From: an uncultured Lachnospiraceae bacterium
GTDB lineage: Bacteria; Bacillota; Clostridia; Oscillospirales; CAG-272
NCBI GenBank assembly: GCA_964564225.1
Contig: CAZMAF010000001.1
Location: 12,980-76,979 of the forward strand
Direction: 5' to 3'
Length of the DNA: 64,000 nucleotides
Shown in pieces: positions 26,283 through 35,828 of the stretch. How positions within the stretch are numbered: the first letter of the stretch is position 1; each line of letters opens with the position of its first letter. Below the pieces are notes generated by a model, which saw only the letters and a program-made list of their open reading frames with translations, ran no database searches and was not told the origin of the DNA. The translations under genes and the position numbers were made by a program.

Positions 26283-26816
26283 ATGGAACTCAAGGGCACC
26301 AGAACCGAACAAAATCTTCAGGCGGCATTTGCCGGCGAATCGCAGGCAAGAAACAAGTATACCTATTTTGCAAGTGTTGCAAAGAAGGAAGGCTATGAGC
26401 AGATCGCAGAACTTTTCTTAAAGACCGCTAACAATGAAATGGAGCATGCAAAGATGTGGTTCAAGCATCTTCAGGGCATCGGTACGACGGCTGAAAACCT
26501 TAAGGCTGCTGCCGAAGGTGAAAATTACGAGTGGACCGATATGTACGCTGAATTTGCAAGAGTTGCTGAAGAAGAAGGCTTTAAGCAGATTGCATATCAG
26601 TTCAGAGCTGTTGCCGCTATCGAAAAGGCACACGAGGAAAGATATCGCGCTCTTCTGAATAACGTTGAAATGCAGGCTGTTTTTGCAAAGGCTGACGAAA
26701 CCATGTGGGAATGCCGTAACTGCGGTCATCTTGTAATGGGCAAGAAGGCTCCCGCGGTTTGCCCTGTTTGCGCGCATCCTCAGAGCTACTTCGAAGTCAG
26801 AAAAGAAAACTATTAA
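26283..26816 (+). CDS. rbr: Rubrerythrin
   Basis: 177 aa. Diiron ExxH motifs (EMEH, EKAHE) and a C-terminal rubredoxin-like CRNCG...CPVC. Confidence 0.95.
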   Translation: MELKGTRTEQNLQAAFAGESQARNKYTYFASVAKKEGYEQIAELFLKTANNEMEHAKMWFKHLQGIGTTAENLKAAAEGENYEWTDMYAEFARVAEEEGFKQIAYQFRAVAAIEKAHEERYRALLNNVEMQAVFAKADETMWECRNCGHLVMGKKAPAVCPVCAHPQSYFEVRKENY

Positions 26817-26827
26817 GATATCATTTC

Positions 26828-26857
26828 AAAAAATCCGCCGATTTCGGCGGATTTTTT
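26828..26857. terminator. Bidirectional terminator shared by rbr and the TIR gene
   Basis: AAAAAATCCGCCG-attt-CGGCGGATTTTTT. Confidence 0.85.
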
Positions 26858-29800
26858 AGTTTGTTGGGGGTTGTTTGGTATGCTTTCGATCGGCGTTTTT
26901 CTTTATCGCGCGGTAGCGACAGCGCTTTACTGCAAGCACAAGGCGCTTGAAGATGGGAGCTTTGGCTTCGCGATAGGCTTTGGCAAGAAATGTGGCGGCG
27001 TCGAGTATGAAGTCGAGGAGATAGGCTTGCTTGTTTTTGCGGTAGAAATCTTGGGTATTTGTGAAATAGTCTTCTATGATTGAAACCGTGTCGGTGCCTG
27101 AATTATGAGCCGCATTGAGAAGCTTGATGATAATGTCGTAAATTCTTTGAAAATCTTTTTCTTCGTGGCTTTTCTTGAAAATTTCTTTTTGCGCCTCAAG
27201 TTCTTTTTGGTAATAAGAAAGTGCAACGGTATGGCGGTTGTGGTTTTCTGCTATTGTTGCAACCCAAGCATATTCTTGGACGAGGGTTTTCTCGAGTGTG
27301 CCTTCAGGATATTTTGATAGCACCGCCTTTAGTGCCTCGATAGATTGATCGTAGTAGTCAAGTGCTGAGTTGACGTCGCCAAGATAATTCGCCTCAGCGC
27401 CTTGCATTCGCAGGACGAGATGGTCGTGCATAGCGAGCTCCTTGAGAAGGTCTTCGTCATTGGCTTCGGGAAGATAGGTGGGATAAACATTCGGTTTTTC
27501 GTCACTGTGTACCCATGTATTCAGGTATGAGTATTCAGCAAAACCTCTGCGCATATCACCGCCGATCAACAAGATTTTAATATCTGCGAACATAAAGTAA
27601 AGCGCAAGCATATACTCTCCGTATGCGGTAGCCAATTCTTTCAATCTTTTATAGCTTTCTTTCAGCGCTTTTCGTGATTCTAAAGAGCTTGTTTCTCTTG
27701 CCAAAAGCTCACGAACGGTGAGTGCTTCCCGATACTTTTGGAAGGCAAGAGAAAATTCGCTTTTTTGGAAAGCGACATCGCCCCAGTCATCATAGCAGGT
27801 GGCAAGAATATATCGGGACTCGAGGGTGGACAAGGTTTCGCAAAACCGTTTGGCAAGAATAAATGCTTCCTGATAATCGTGCATGGCATCGTCAAGGCGG
27901 TTTTGTAATTTTGCCAGATGCGCTGAGCGGCGATAAGAGTAAAGAAGCGTTCGGCGAGTTTGATACGTATCGTTCTTCTTGAAAAGCTGTAATGCTTTCG
28001 CGTGGGAATCGTTTACATATGGGGCAGCGTCTGTGAAGCTTTGGGTACGAAGAAATATATCGGCAATGGCACCGATGATATTGGTATATTCAAGTTTTAT
28101 TTCCGTATTGTCGGCGTAGTCTTGTATGCGCTCCAATAGGCTTTTTGCTTTTGTATAGTTTTGGATGGCAAAGAGAAGGTTGGCGGTCTCGGGATCACGA
28201 TCGAGGAACACTTTTCCGTAGATATGGGCAAATCCCGGACCGATATCCTTGTGGCTCAGCAGATTGCCGATGTGAATATGCGTGATGGCAAGAAGGTGTG
28301 TGGTTTCAGACGTATTTGCGGTATCTGCCATGACGGTAGCGATCGACAAAGCTTTTTCATATTCGCGATAGGCTTCACTTAGCGCATCGGCAGCGATGTG
28401 AAAATCACCGTAATGGATATAGCTGTTCCACAAACTGCGTTTGGCATCGAAACTTTCGTCTGTCTCGGCGATTTTCTCTCGAATTTCAAGAGCGTTGCGG
28501 TAATGCCTCATAGCTGTGTTGAGGTTTTCGGTGCTTTTTTCTACTTGACCGAGGCCGTCATAGCAGTGCGCCTGATAGGATAGCGCCCAGCTTGGGTTGA
28601 GCCTTTCGGCGACCGCAAGTGTGGTGTCGAGTGCCGTTTGAAAGGTAGCATGGGTATTTTTATAGTCACAAAGAACAAAATAGGCATCACCGAGAGAAAG
28701 CAGAGCGTCTATGTAGCTTTTGGCGTTCTCTTCGCTGCCGCTGTTTTCAAATGCGCGCTGATAGTGGTTGACCAGCTTTTCCTGCCACTTGATGGCTGTG
28801 TGAAGGTCACGCTCGACACCCTCGCCGTTTTCGTACATCGTAACGAGCTTTTCTATTGCCTCGGGGAGGTCTCTCTCGGCGGCAAAGGTGATCATATCAA
28901 GCGCGCGGGTGGGATTTTTCTCGACGTCGATGCCCGAAAGATAGGCAAGACCGATGAGGAAGTTGTGTCTGGGATCGTCGTCGTTATCGCGGAGCATGAC
29001 CCACTGAAAGGCATCGAGCAGGGCATCTCGCAGGGCTTCGGCGTTTTGGCTGTTGATCGCATTCCGAATGCCGCTGTAGGCGTTCGCGAGAGCCGCGCGG
29101 TCGGTGGGGACGAGCTCGACGGGCAGGACGGTTTTCTCAGCCGCCTTTGCCATCGGGTATTCGACCGTCATGATGTAGTTTTCCTCGCTGACGAGGTTGG
29201 GGGTGACGGCAAGGGCGAAGAGCTTGCTTTTTTTGAGAGCCTCGGCGATCGTGTCGTTGAAATTCTCGCCGGGCGTTAAAAACTCGTCGTACCAGATGGC
29301 GATATCGCGGCAAAAATCGTTTTTGTGGATCAGCTCCATCAGCTCTTTGGCGTACTTACGGTCTTTTTTACGGTAAGAGAGAAAAATATAGGCGTCAAAA
29401 GCAGCTCGGATCTCCTCGGCAAGCGTATCGCCGACGAGGATCGCGGTGAGATAATTTTTGAGCTTATCTTCGTAAGAGATCGCGGTATTGTCGCGCGCGT
29501 TTTTGTCAAGATACTGCAGATCCCCGCATTTTTGGTTGAAAAGCTCGTCGAGTCCCGATTCCTGCATCAGGGGGAGAATGGGGATATGATTCATTTTGGC
29601 AAACGGGATATCCACCCGGGTGACGTAGCAATCCTGCATCAGCAGATTGGTTGTGACAGGCAGGACAAAGAGGTTCATTTCGTTAAGATTGTGAAAATGC
29701 TCGTCTTGGTCAAAGTCATCCCCCGGCGCGTGGTACACGGCGCAGTCGACGTAGGAAAGAATTTCGTCGGCAATCGCATCAAACAGATGAAGATCACAGG

Positions 29801-29876
29801 GTCGGCAGGCGAAATACACCTTGGGCTTGTCTTGCGGCGAAGCGTTGCCCCTTGTTTTATAAATGAAATTTCCCAT
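26856..29876 (-). CDS. Tandem TIR-domain / Sel1-repeat / TPR-like repeat protein (1006 aa)
   Basis: The real start is ATG 29876 (GGAGG RBS and its own promoter); the ORF-track N-terminal 92 aa are spurious. Residues ~162-255 read IFLSYRKKD...WYDEF...LFALAVTPN...TVEYPMA (TIR/TIR_2 pattern). Residues ~17-103 are a degenerate TIR-like copy. Sel1-like repeats follow (LAYLSGIDVEKN..., MYENGEGVERD...), then about 650 aa of helical repeats. Confidence 0.8.
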   Translation of the reverse strand: MGNFIYKTRGNASPQDKPKVYFACRPCDLHLFDAIADEILSYVDCAVYHAPGDDFDQDEHFHNLNEMNLFVLPVTTNLLMQDCYVTRVDIPFAKMNHIPILPLMQESGLDELFNQKCGDLQYLDKNARDNTAISYEDKLKNYLTAILVGDTLAEEIRAAFDAYIFLSYRKKDRKYAKELMELIHKNDFCRDIAIWYDEFLTPGENFNDTIAEALKKSKLFALAVTPNLVSEENYIMTVEYPMAKAAEKTVLPVELVPTDRAALANAYSGIRNAINSQNAEALRDALLDAFQWVMLRDNDDDPRHNFLIGLAYLSGIDVEKNPTRALDMITFAAERDLPEAIEKLVTMYENGEGVERDLHTAIKWQEKLVNHYQRAFENSGSEENAKSYIDALLSLGDAYFVLCDYKNTHATFQTALDTTLAVAERLNPSWALSYQAHCYDGLGQVEKSTENLNTAMRHYRNALEIREKIAETDESFDAKRSLWNSYIHYGDFHIAADALSEAYREYEKALSIATVMADTANTSETTHLLAITHIHIGNLLSHKDIGPGFAHIYGKVFLDRDPETANLLFAIQNYTKAKSLLERIQDYADNTEIKLEYTNIIGAIADIFLRTQSFTDAAPYVNDSHAKALQLFKKNDTYQTRRTLLYSYRRSAHLAKLQNRLDDAMHDYQEAFILAKRFCETLSTLESRYILATCYDDWGDVAFQKSEFSLAFQKYREALTVRELLARETSSLESRKALKESYKRLKELATAYGEYMLALYFMFADIKILLIGGDMRRGFAEYSYLNTWVHSDEKPNVYPTYLPEANDEDLLKELAMHDHLVLRMQGAEANYLGDVNSALDYYDQSIEALKAVLSKYPEGTLEKTLVQEYAWVATIAENHNRHTVALSYYQKELEAQKEIFKKSHEEKDFQRIYDIIIKLLNAAHNSGTDTVSIIEDYFTNTQDFYRKNKQAYLLDFILDAATFLAKAYREAKAPIFKRLVLAVKRCRYRAIKKNADRKHTKQPPTN

Positions 29877-29904
29877 AATTGCCTCCGTCTTTGTCGTTAC
29901 CGAC

Positions 29905-29933
29905 AGTATAGCATATTGCAACAAAAGTGTCAA
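29905..29933 (-). promoter_or_regulatory. Dedicated promoter of the TIR gene
   Basis: On the minus strand, TTGACA-17 nt-TATACT, about 28 nt upstream of the ATG. Confidence 0.7.
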
Positions 29934-30190
29934 TGATTTTTGGTGAAACTGAGGAAAAACGAAAGCGTTTTTGGCCTTCTCTTGGCAAAAACAGTGTTGT
30001 CGGGTATAATGATAACAATGACAGATTTGCCCCGAATGCCGATGAAAAGAGGGGCAAAGCGCAACCGTCGGTTGCGTTTCCAGGGCTTTCAAAAAACGCG
30101 CCCGTTGGTTGCGCTTCTTAGCTTTTATCGGACATTTTTCGTTCATTTTCAAAGATTTTTGAAGTTTTTTGGGATTTTCGGAAAAAACTA

Positions 30191-30219
30191 TTGAAAAGAG
30201 CAGTGTTTTGTGATATGAT
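30191..30219 (+). promoter_or_regulatory. Transketolase operon promoter
   Basis: TTGAAA-17 nt-TATGAT. Confidence 0.6.
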
Positions 30220-30268
30220 GATGTATCATATTGATTAATTGCATCATCCGATGCACAAGGAGGCTTTC

Positions 30269-31081
30269 TTGACTAACGAGCAGTTGATCGCTTTGAAAGA
30301 AAAAGCGAAAAAAAACAGACTTCTTTCGCTGGAAGGCATTTATTCTGCGAAAAGCGGCCATCCCGGCGGTTCTTTTTCGATTGCGGAAATCGTAACCTAT
30401 CTTTATTTTGTTGAAATGAACGTATCGGCAGAAAATCCCGACGATCCTATGCGTGATCGCCTTGTGCTGTCGAAGGGACATGCCGCGCCTGCAATCTATG
30501 CAGCTCTTGCACAAAAGGGCTTTTTCCCTGAAGATACCATGAAAACTCTTCGCCGTGTCGGTTCGATCTTGCAGGGACATCCCTCATCCTTGAAGACACC
30601 CGGTGTCGATATGTCAACAGGTTCGCTCGGACAGGGACTTTCCGCTGCATGCGGTATGGCGATCAGCGGCAAGGAAAAGTTTAACGTCTACTGCATCGTT
30701 GGCGACGGTGAATTGCAGGAAGGACAGATCTGGGAAGCGGTTATGCTTGCCAATCATTATGCGCTTTCCAATCTTTACGTTTTTGTGGATTTCAACAAGG
30801 TACAGCTTTCCGGTCCTACCGATGAACTCAGTCAGACGCTTGATATCAAGGCCAAATTTGAGGCATTCGGTTGGAATACCGAAGAAATCGACGGTCACGA
30901 TTTTGAGGCGATTGAGGGTGCGCTTACGTCGCTCAAGGCAAAGAGCGGGCCTTCGGTTATGATTTGTCATACGGTCAAAGGCAAGGGTGTTTCCTTTATG
31001 GAGGGTAATCCCAAGTGGCACGGTAACGCGCCGAACGCGGAGCAGTATACTGCTGCCTGCGCCGAAATTGAAGCAAATTAA
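30269..31081 (+). CDS. Transketolase, N-terminal (TPP-binding) subunit
   Basis: A TTG start at 30269 sits 6 nt after AAGGAGG; the ORF track starts at 30239. GHPGGS and GDGELQEG motifs. Confidence 0.9.
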   Translation: MTNEQLIALKEKAKKNRLLSLEGIYSAKSGHPGGSFSIAEIVTYLYFVEMNVSAENPDDPMRDRLVLSKGHAAPAIYAALAQKGFFPEDTMKTLRRVGSILQGHPSSLKTPGVDMSTGSLGQGLSAACGMAISGKEKFNVYCIVGDGELQEGQIWEAVMLANHYALSNLYVFVDFNKVQLSGPTDELSQTLDIKAKFEAFGWNTEEIDGHDFEAIEGALTSLKAKSGPSVMICHTVKGKGVSFMEGNPKWHGNAPNAEQYTAACAEIEAN

Positions 31082-31094
31082 GGGGGATGAGAAA

Positions 31095-32021
31095 ATGGCT
31101 GATATTGCAACGAGAGAAGCTTATGGCAGAGCGTTGGTCGAGCTTGGCAAAAAGCACGATTTTTACGTACTTTCCGCCGATCTTGCCGACTCAGTCAAGG
31201 TGGAATATTTCAGAAAGGCATTTCCCGAGCGTTATATTGAATGCGGCATTGCTGAAGCCAATATGATGGGCGTGGCGGCAGGTATTGCCACTACGGGCGT
31301 TCCCGCTGTTGCCTCGTCTTATGCTATGTTTACGGCAGGCAGAGCATATGAGCAGATCCGTAACTCGATCGCTTATCCCAATCTTCACGTTGTGATCGGC
31401 GCATCTCACGCAGGTGTGTCGGTTGGTGAAGACGGTGCTTCGCATCAGTGCTGTGAGGACATTGCCTTGATGCGCGTAGTTCCCAATATGACGGTTATTT
31501 CGCCTTGCGATGCGATCGAAGCAGAACAGGCAACTGCAGCGGCGCTTCTTGAGGTAAACGGACCTGTATATCTCCGATTGAGCCGTCCCAATACGCCTGC
31601 CGTCAATGCGCCTGATTATCAGTTTGAGCTTGGCAAGGGCGTTGTTCTTGCCGACGGTAAGGATGTTACCATTGTTGCGACAGGTTTTATGGTCGCAAAG
31701 GCTTTAGCGGCAAGAGAGCTTCTCAAAGAGAAGGGTATTGATGCGGCTGTTATCAACATTCATACCATCAAGCCGATTGACAGAGAATTGATTGCCCAAT
31801 ATGCCGAGAAGACGAAGAATATTGTAACAGTCGAGGAGCATTCGATTATCGGGGGGCTCGGTTCGGCTGTTGCCGAGGTGCTTTGCGAAACTGCGCCCTG
31901 CAAGCTGACGAGAGTCGGTGTCAACGATACCTTTGGTCTTTCCGGCTCGTCTGATGCCGTGCTTGAATACTTCGGTCTTACTGCCGAGGGTATTGCGGAT
32001 AAGGTTGAAAAGGCAATGTAA
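31095..32021 (+). CDS. Transketolase, C-terminal (pyrimidine-binding) subunit
   Basis: Start moved to ATG 31095 (AGGGGGA RBS). ECGIAEANM motif. Confidence 0.9.
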   Translation: MADIATREAYGRALVELGKKHDFYVLSADLADSVKVEYFRKAFPERYIECGIAEANMMGVAAGIATTGVPAVASSYAMFTAGRAYEQIRNSIAYPNLHVVIGASHAGVSVGEDGASHQCCEDIALMRVVPNMTVISPCDAIEAEQATAAALLEVNGPVYLRLSRPNTPAVNAPDYQFELGKGVVLADGKDVTIVATGFMVAKALAARELLKEKGIDAAVINIHTIKPIDRELIAQYAEKTKNIVTVEEHSIIGGLGSAVAEVLCETAPCKLTRVGVNDTFGLSGSSDAVLEYFGLTAEGIADKVEKAM

Positions 32022-32036
32022 TGTGATATGAATATA

Positions 32037-32066
32037 AAAAACCGCCGGAAATCGGCGGTTTTTTTG
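32037..32066. terminator. Bidirectional terminator after transketolase
   Basis: AAAAAACCGCCGG-aaat-CGGCGGTTTTTTT. Confidence 0.85.
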
Positions 32067-32435
32067 CGCTTTTTAAAAGTTTCCACATACCGACAACCCA
32101 AAATTTGGAGCTACGAAGAAATGATTATGACGGAAAAAGCGAAGAACGCTTTGCTCAGATAAACGTATCGGAAGAAACGGTTTGATATGACAAGGATGTA
32201 ATCCGGGAAAGGACAACGATTGAGAAACGTTTGTTGATGTGTATGTGATTGCCGCAAGGAAAGCCGGGCGATTGGGATACCGAATGATCCCCGGAGCATA
32301 ATTCAAATATCTCGTAGTCATTATTTTTTTTGTGTAATGGCTTCAGCATAGCATATCAACCCAAAAAGTCAATAGAAATCAGTGAAAATGCACAAGTATT
32401 CTCCGGCTTTCATGATATTTCGACTCAAAGTATAA

Positions 32436-32472
32436 GAAAAAACCCGTCATCTTTTTAAGCTGACGGGATTTT
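32436..32472. terminator. Terminator downstream of pduL
   Basis: AAAAAACCCGTCA-tctttttaagc-TGACGGGATTTTT. Confidence 0.75.
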
Positions 32473-32504
32473 TGATGTGTTATATTTTGGATTACGTTGC
32501 GTTT

Positions 32505-33083
32505 TTACTTTACGATGTAACCAACCGTGCCGGCAAATGCGCAAGCGGCGTTGGCTTCGTCGGTGTCGATGTGCATCGCGAGCGCGAAGTTCTTGTTAAC
32601 GCGGACAACAGTGTCGCCGAATACTGTGCTTCTGCCGTCGGTATCGACCTTGACAGAAACGATTTCCTTGTCGGATACGCCAAAGGTTTCGGCATCTGTG
32701 GGAGTCATGTGAATGTGGCGTTTTGCTACGATCACGCCTTCGGTAAGCTCTACCGATGCGCCGTTCAGGGGATTCACGAGTTTAACGCCGGGTGTGCCTG
32801 CGGTATCGCCGCTTTCACGGACAGGGGCGGCAACGCCGAGGGTTCTTGCATCGGTGAGAGAGATTTCAACCTGGCTTGCGGGGCGAGCAGGACCGAGGAT
32901 CGAAACGCCTGCGATAGTCTTCTTAGGACCAACGACGTCAAGGCGTTCGGCGCAAGCGAACTGACCGGGCTGAGAGAGGTCTTTTTTGTTGGTGAGGGTA
33001 TAGCCTTCGCCAAAGAGAATGTCGATATGCTCTTGCGAAAGATGAATGTGGCGGGCAGAGGTTTCTACAATAAAGGTTTCCAT
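32505..33083 (-). CDS. pduL: Phosphate propanoyl/acetyl-transferase PduL
   Basis: Start moved to ATG 33083 (AGGAG RBS), giving 192 aa. Two PduL repeats (SARHIHLSQEH, AKRHIHMTPTD). Confidence 0.85.
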   Translation of the reverse strand: METFIVETSARHIHLSQEHIDILFGEGYTLTNKKDLSQPGQFACAERLDVVGPKKTIAGVSILGPARPASQVEISLTDARTLGVAAPVRESGDTAGTPGVKLVNPLNGASVELTEGVIVAKRHIHMTPTDAETFGVSDKEIVSVKVDTDGRSTVFGDTVVRVNKNFALAMHIDTDEANAACAFAGTVGYIVK

Positions 33084-33197
33084 ATTTTTACTCCTGTATT
33101 CTTTGGTATTCAGCCGAAAAACGACCATACTATTTGTATTCTTCATACAGTATAGCATAGGTTTTAAAAAAAGTAAACAAGAAAGGAAGAAAATTTT

Positions 33198-33875
33198 ATG
33201 AAAAAGGTCGATTTTTTGAACGAAGACTTGGAATTTTCGCAGGCGGAATGTGAAACGTGTGAACAAAAGCGCTCGATTCGCTCGCTTTCGATCATCGGGC
33301 AGGTTGAGGGACACACAGCGCTATCCGAAGGGCAGAAGGTGACGAAATATGAGGAAATTCTCCCCTCGCTTGTGGCGTTTGAGGAGGATGTCCGTGTGGG
33401 AGGACTTCTCGTTTTGCTGAATACTGTTGGCGGCGACGTTGAAGCGGGGCTCGCCATAGCCGAGTTGATCGCTTCGCTGAAAAAGCCTACCGTTTCGCTC
33501 GTTCTCGGAGGAGGACATTCGATCGGCGTGCCGCTTGCCGTCAGCGCGAAGCGTTCCTTTATCGTGCCAAGCGCAACCTTGACCCTGCACCCCGTCAGAA
33601 TTAACGGCACGGTGATTGGCGCGGAGCAGACTTATGCCTATCTGGAAGGGGTGCAGAGCCGTATCAATCGCTTTATCGTGTCGCATTCCGAGATTGCTTC
33701 CGACCGTCTTTCCGAACTTATGAGCGTGCCCGATCAGCTTGCCACAGATATCGGCAGTGTGCTTGACGGCGAGACAGCGGTGAAGGAGGGACTCATCGGA
33801 TCGCTCGGCGGACTCAAAGAGGCGATGGCAACTCTTTACGAAATGATCGCCCGGGAAGACCGTCGGGAAAAATAA
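33198..33875 (+). CDS. ClpP-fold TepA-like protease family protein
   Basis: 225 aa. LLNTVGGDVEAGLAIAELI...GGGHSIG...LTLHPVR resembles the ClpP/TepA family. Confidence 0.7.
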   Translation: MKKVDFLNEDLEFSQAECETCEQKRSIRSLSIIGQVEGHTALSEGQKVTKYEEILPSLVAFEEDVRVGGLLVLLNTVGGDVEAGLAIAELIASLKKPTVSLVLGGGHSIGVPLAVSAKRSFIVPSATLTLHPVRINGTVIGAEQTYAYLEGVQSRINRFIVSHSEIASDRLSELMSVPDQLATDIGSVLDGETAVKEGLIGSLGGLKEAMATLYEMIAREDRREK

Positions 33876-33929
33876 TGCGTTTTTTTTGCTTTATTTTGTG
33901 AGAAAGTTGTATTTTTTTATCTTGATTTA

Positions 33930-33958
33930 TTGACAGAGGGATAGAAACGCGGTATAAT
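33930..33958 (+). promoter_or_regulatory. Promoter upstream of the cdaA cluster
   Basis: TTGACA-17 nt-TATAAT. Confidence 0.65.
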
Positions 33959-34031
33959 ATATTAGATATTTATATATATAATAGGCGGAGTGTTCCGGTT
34001 TGCCGCGATGCTTGAAAGGGGGGAATCGAAT

Positions 34032-34934
34032 ATGGATATTTTCAAACGTCTTGACCGTATCAGGCGGCGCATTTTGCTTTGGTCCTGTATGACAATCGTT
34101 TTTCTCATTTCGGCGTTTTTGTCGATGATTCTGATAGACGGTGTGTTTTACCGTGTGCTTTGCACAGGCGGTTCTCTTCTGTTTTTACTGATCGGTCTTC
34201 TTTTCATTTTTCTGGCAGTGTCGTCTTACAAACGGCTTTTTTACAGACGGATTCCGGAAAGCGTGATGTTGGCGGTATTTGAGAACGTGAGCTATGAGCC
34301 TGAGCGCGCACTCCCCCGATCTGTGATCGAAAATACGGATATGATCTTTATGGGTAATGATTACAGTTCGGCGGAATATCGGGAGGGCGTTTATCATTCC
34401 GTTTCTTTTTCGATGGCGGACGTACTTCTTAAAAACGTTATCCGTCAGGGAAAAAGGATGGCAAGCGTTACCTATTTTTCAGGGACGTGGATGATCTTCA
34501 ATTTTGAAAAGCCGTTTTGTTTTCCGATTCAGATTAAGGAAAAATCGTTTCTGAATGCGCAAAAGCCGCGCGGGGAAAATCCCGATCTTGATCGCGTAAC
34601 GGTATCCGATGAAGAATTTTCCCGATTTTTTAAGGTGTATGCCGAAAACGAAGCGGCGGCAGAGGCGTTTTTATCGCCTTTCGTCCGTGAAGCGATCCTT
34701 GCTCTCAATTATGAGCTTCGGGGCGATCTTATGTTTTATTTTATCGGCAACAGTTTACATATTGCGCTTCACGGTAAAAAGGCGCATTACGAGCCGCCGA
34801 TGCTTGGCAAGCTTGACCGTGAAGAAGTGGAAAAAGTCCTGCTTGCCGATTGCCGCGCATTCAGCGTTTTTTTAGATCGCCTGCTTGCGATTGATACGAT
34901 TTTTGAAGACGGTACTACCGTTACGGAAGGGTAA
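34032..34934 (+). CDS. Membrane protein of unknown function (possibly DUF3137-like)
   Basis: Start moved to ATG 34032 (GGGGGGA RBS). Two N-terminal TM helices followed by a soluble domain. Confidence 0.5.
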   Translation: MDIFKRLDRIRRRILLWSCMTIVFLISAFLSMILIDGVFYRVLCTGGSLLFLLIGLLFIFLAVSSYKRLFYRRIPESVMLAVFENVSYEPERALPRSVIENTDMIFMGNDYSSAEYREGVYHSVSFSMADVLLKNVIRQGKRMASVTYFSGTWMIFNFEKPFCFPIQIKEKSFLNAQKPRGENPDLDRVTVSDEEFSRFFKVYAENEAAAEAFLSPFVREAILALNYELRGDLMFYFIGNSLHIALHGKKAHYEPPMLGKLDREEVEKVLLADCRAFSVFLDRLLAIDTIFEDGTTVTEG

Positions 34935-34940
34935 TTTGAT

Positions 34941-35828
34941 ATGGAAAAGCTAAAGGAATTGTTCGGTTATATATCCGAAATTGGCATTCTTGATATTCTG
35001 GATATCTGTCTTGTCTGGATCATGTTTTATATGGTTTACAAGTTTATCCGCGAGCGCCGCGCGACAAAGCTTGCTATCGGCGTTATGATCCTTTTTGCGC
35101 TTCGCTTTATCAGCGAGTTTTTCAATCTGATTGCGCTGGAGTTTATTTTGCAGAACGTACTTCAGGTCGGGTTGATTGCGCTTGTCGTGGTCTTTCAGCC
35201 CGAGCTTCGCTCGGCACTGGAAAAGGTGGGCGGCGAGCCGCTTCGCTCGATCAAAAGCCTGACCGACTCAAAGGCGATTGCCGAGTATAACGATGTAATT
35301 GCCAATATCTGTGAGGCGGTCTGCGATATGGCGCTTGATCGTACGGGAGCTCTCATTGTCGTTGAACGCTATACTAATCTTGACGGCTTTATCAAGAGCG
35401 GTACTGAGATCAATGCGAGCGTCAAGAGCTATCTTCTCAAAAATATTTTCTTTGATAAAGCACCCCTTCATGACGGCGCTGTGATCATTCGTAATATGCA
35501 GATTGTTGCGGCGGGTTGTTTTCTTCCTCTTTCGACCAATCCCGATATTGTGAAGGATCTTGGTACGCGCCATCGTTCCGCGATCGGTATGAGTGAAAAC
35601 TCGGATGCGGTGGTCATCGTCGTCAGCGAGGAAACGGGTACGATTTCGGTAGCGCAGGACGGTGTTCTGACGAGAAACTTTGACTACGGTAAGCTTCAGA
35701 AGGTTCTGACCGATGCGATGGTTACGCGCGGTGAGAAAAACGGAAAGCCTACCGTGACCGCGTTCTTCCGCAAGATCGGCGGTTTTATGGGTAAAAAGAA
35801 TGAAAAAGAGGAGGGTGACGGCAAATGA
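34941..35828 (+). CDS. cdaA: Diadenylate cyclase CdaA
   Basis: 295 aa. Three N-terminal TM helices plus a DAC domain (TGALIVVER, HDGAVII, GTRHRSA). Confidence 0.9.
   Translation: MEKLKELFGYISEIGILDILDICLVWIMFYMVYKFIRERRATKLAIGVMILFALRFISEFFNLIALEFILQNVLQVGLIALVVVFQPELRSALEKVGGEPLRSIKSLTDSKAIAEYNDVIANICEAVCDMALDRTGALIVVERYTNLDGFIKSGTEINASVKSYLLKNIFFDKAPLHDGAVIIRNMQIVAAGCFLPLSTNPDIVKDLGTRHRSAIGMSENSDAVVIVVSEETGTISVAQDGVLTRNFDYGKLQKVLTDAMVTRGEKNGKPTVTAFFRKIGGFMGKKNEKEEGDGK

Noticed and set aside
29877-30152. The 92-aa N-terminal extension of the TIR ORF as given in the ORF track (MKMNEKCPIKAKKRNQ...).
   Set aside because: The extension has Cys/His/Gln-rich junk composition and runs through the promoter (29905-29933). 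The GGAGG RBS directly precedes the internal ATG at 29876.
22405-30200. Possible tRNA-Thr-linked genomic island carrying the araC-family, XRE-TM, degV, perR-rbr and TIR genes.
   Set aside because: I found no integrase, recombinase or mobility gene and no direct repeat of the tRNA 3' end. Each gene has a standard host-like promoter and terminator. Only the TIR gene itself looks accessory.
32073-32349. Three mutually overlapping 62-82-aa minus-strand ORFs between tkt and pduL.
   Set aside because: They overlap in different frames, lack Shine-Dalgarno sequences and have implausible composition. The region is reported as a candidate non-coding transcript instead.
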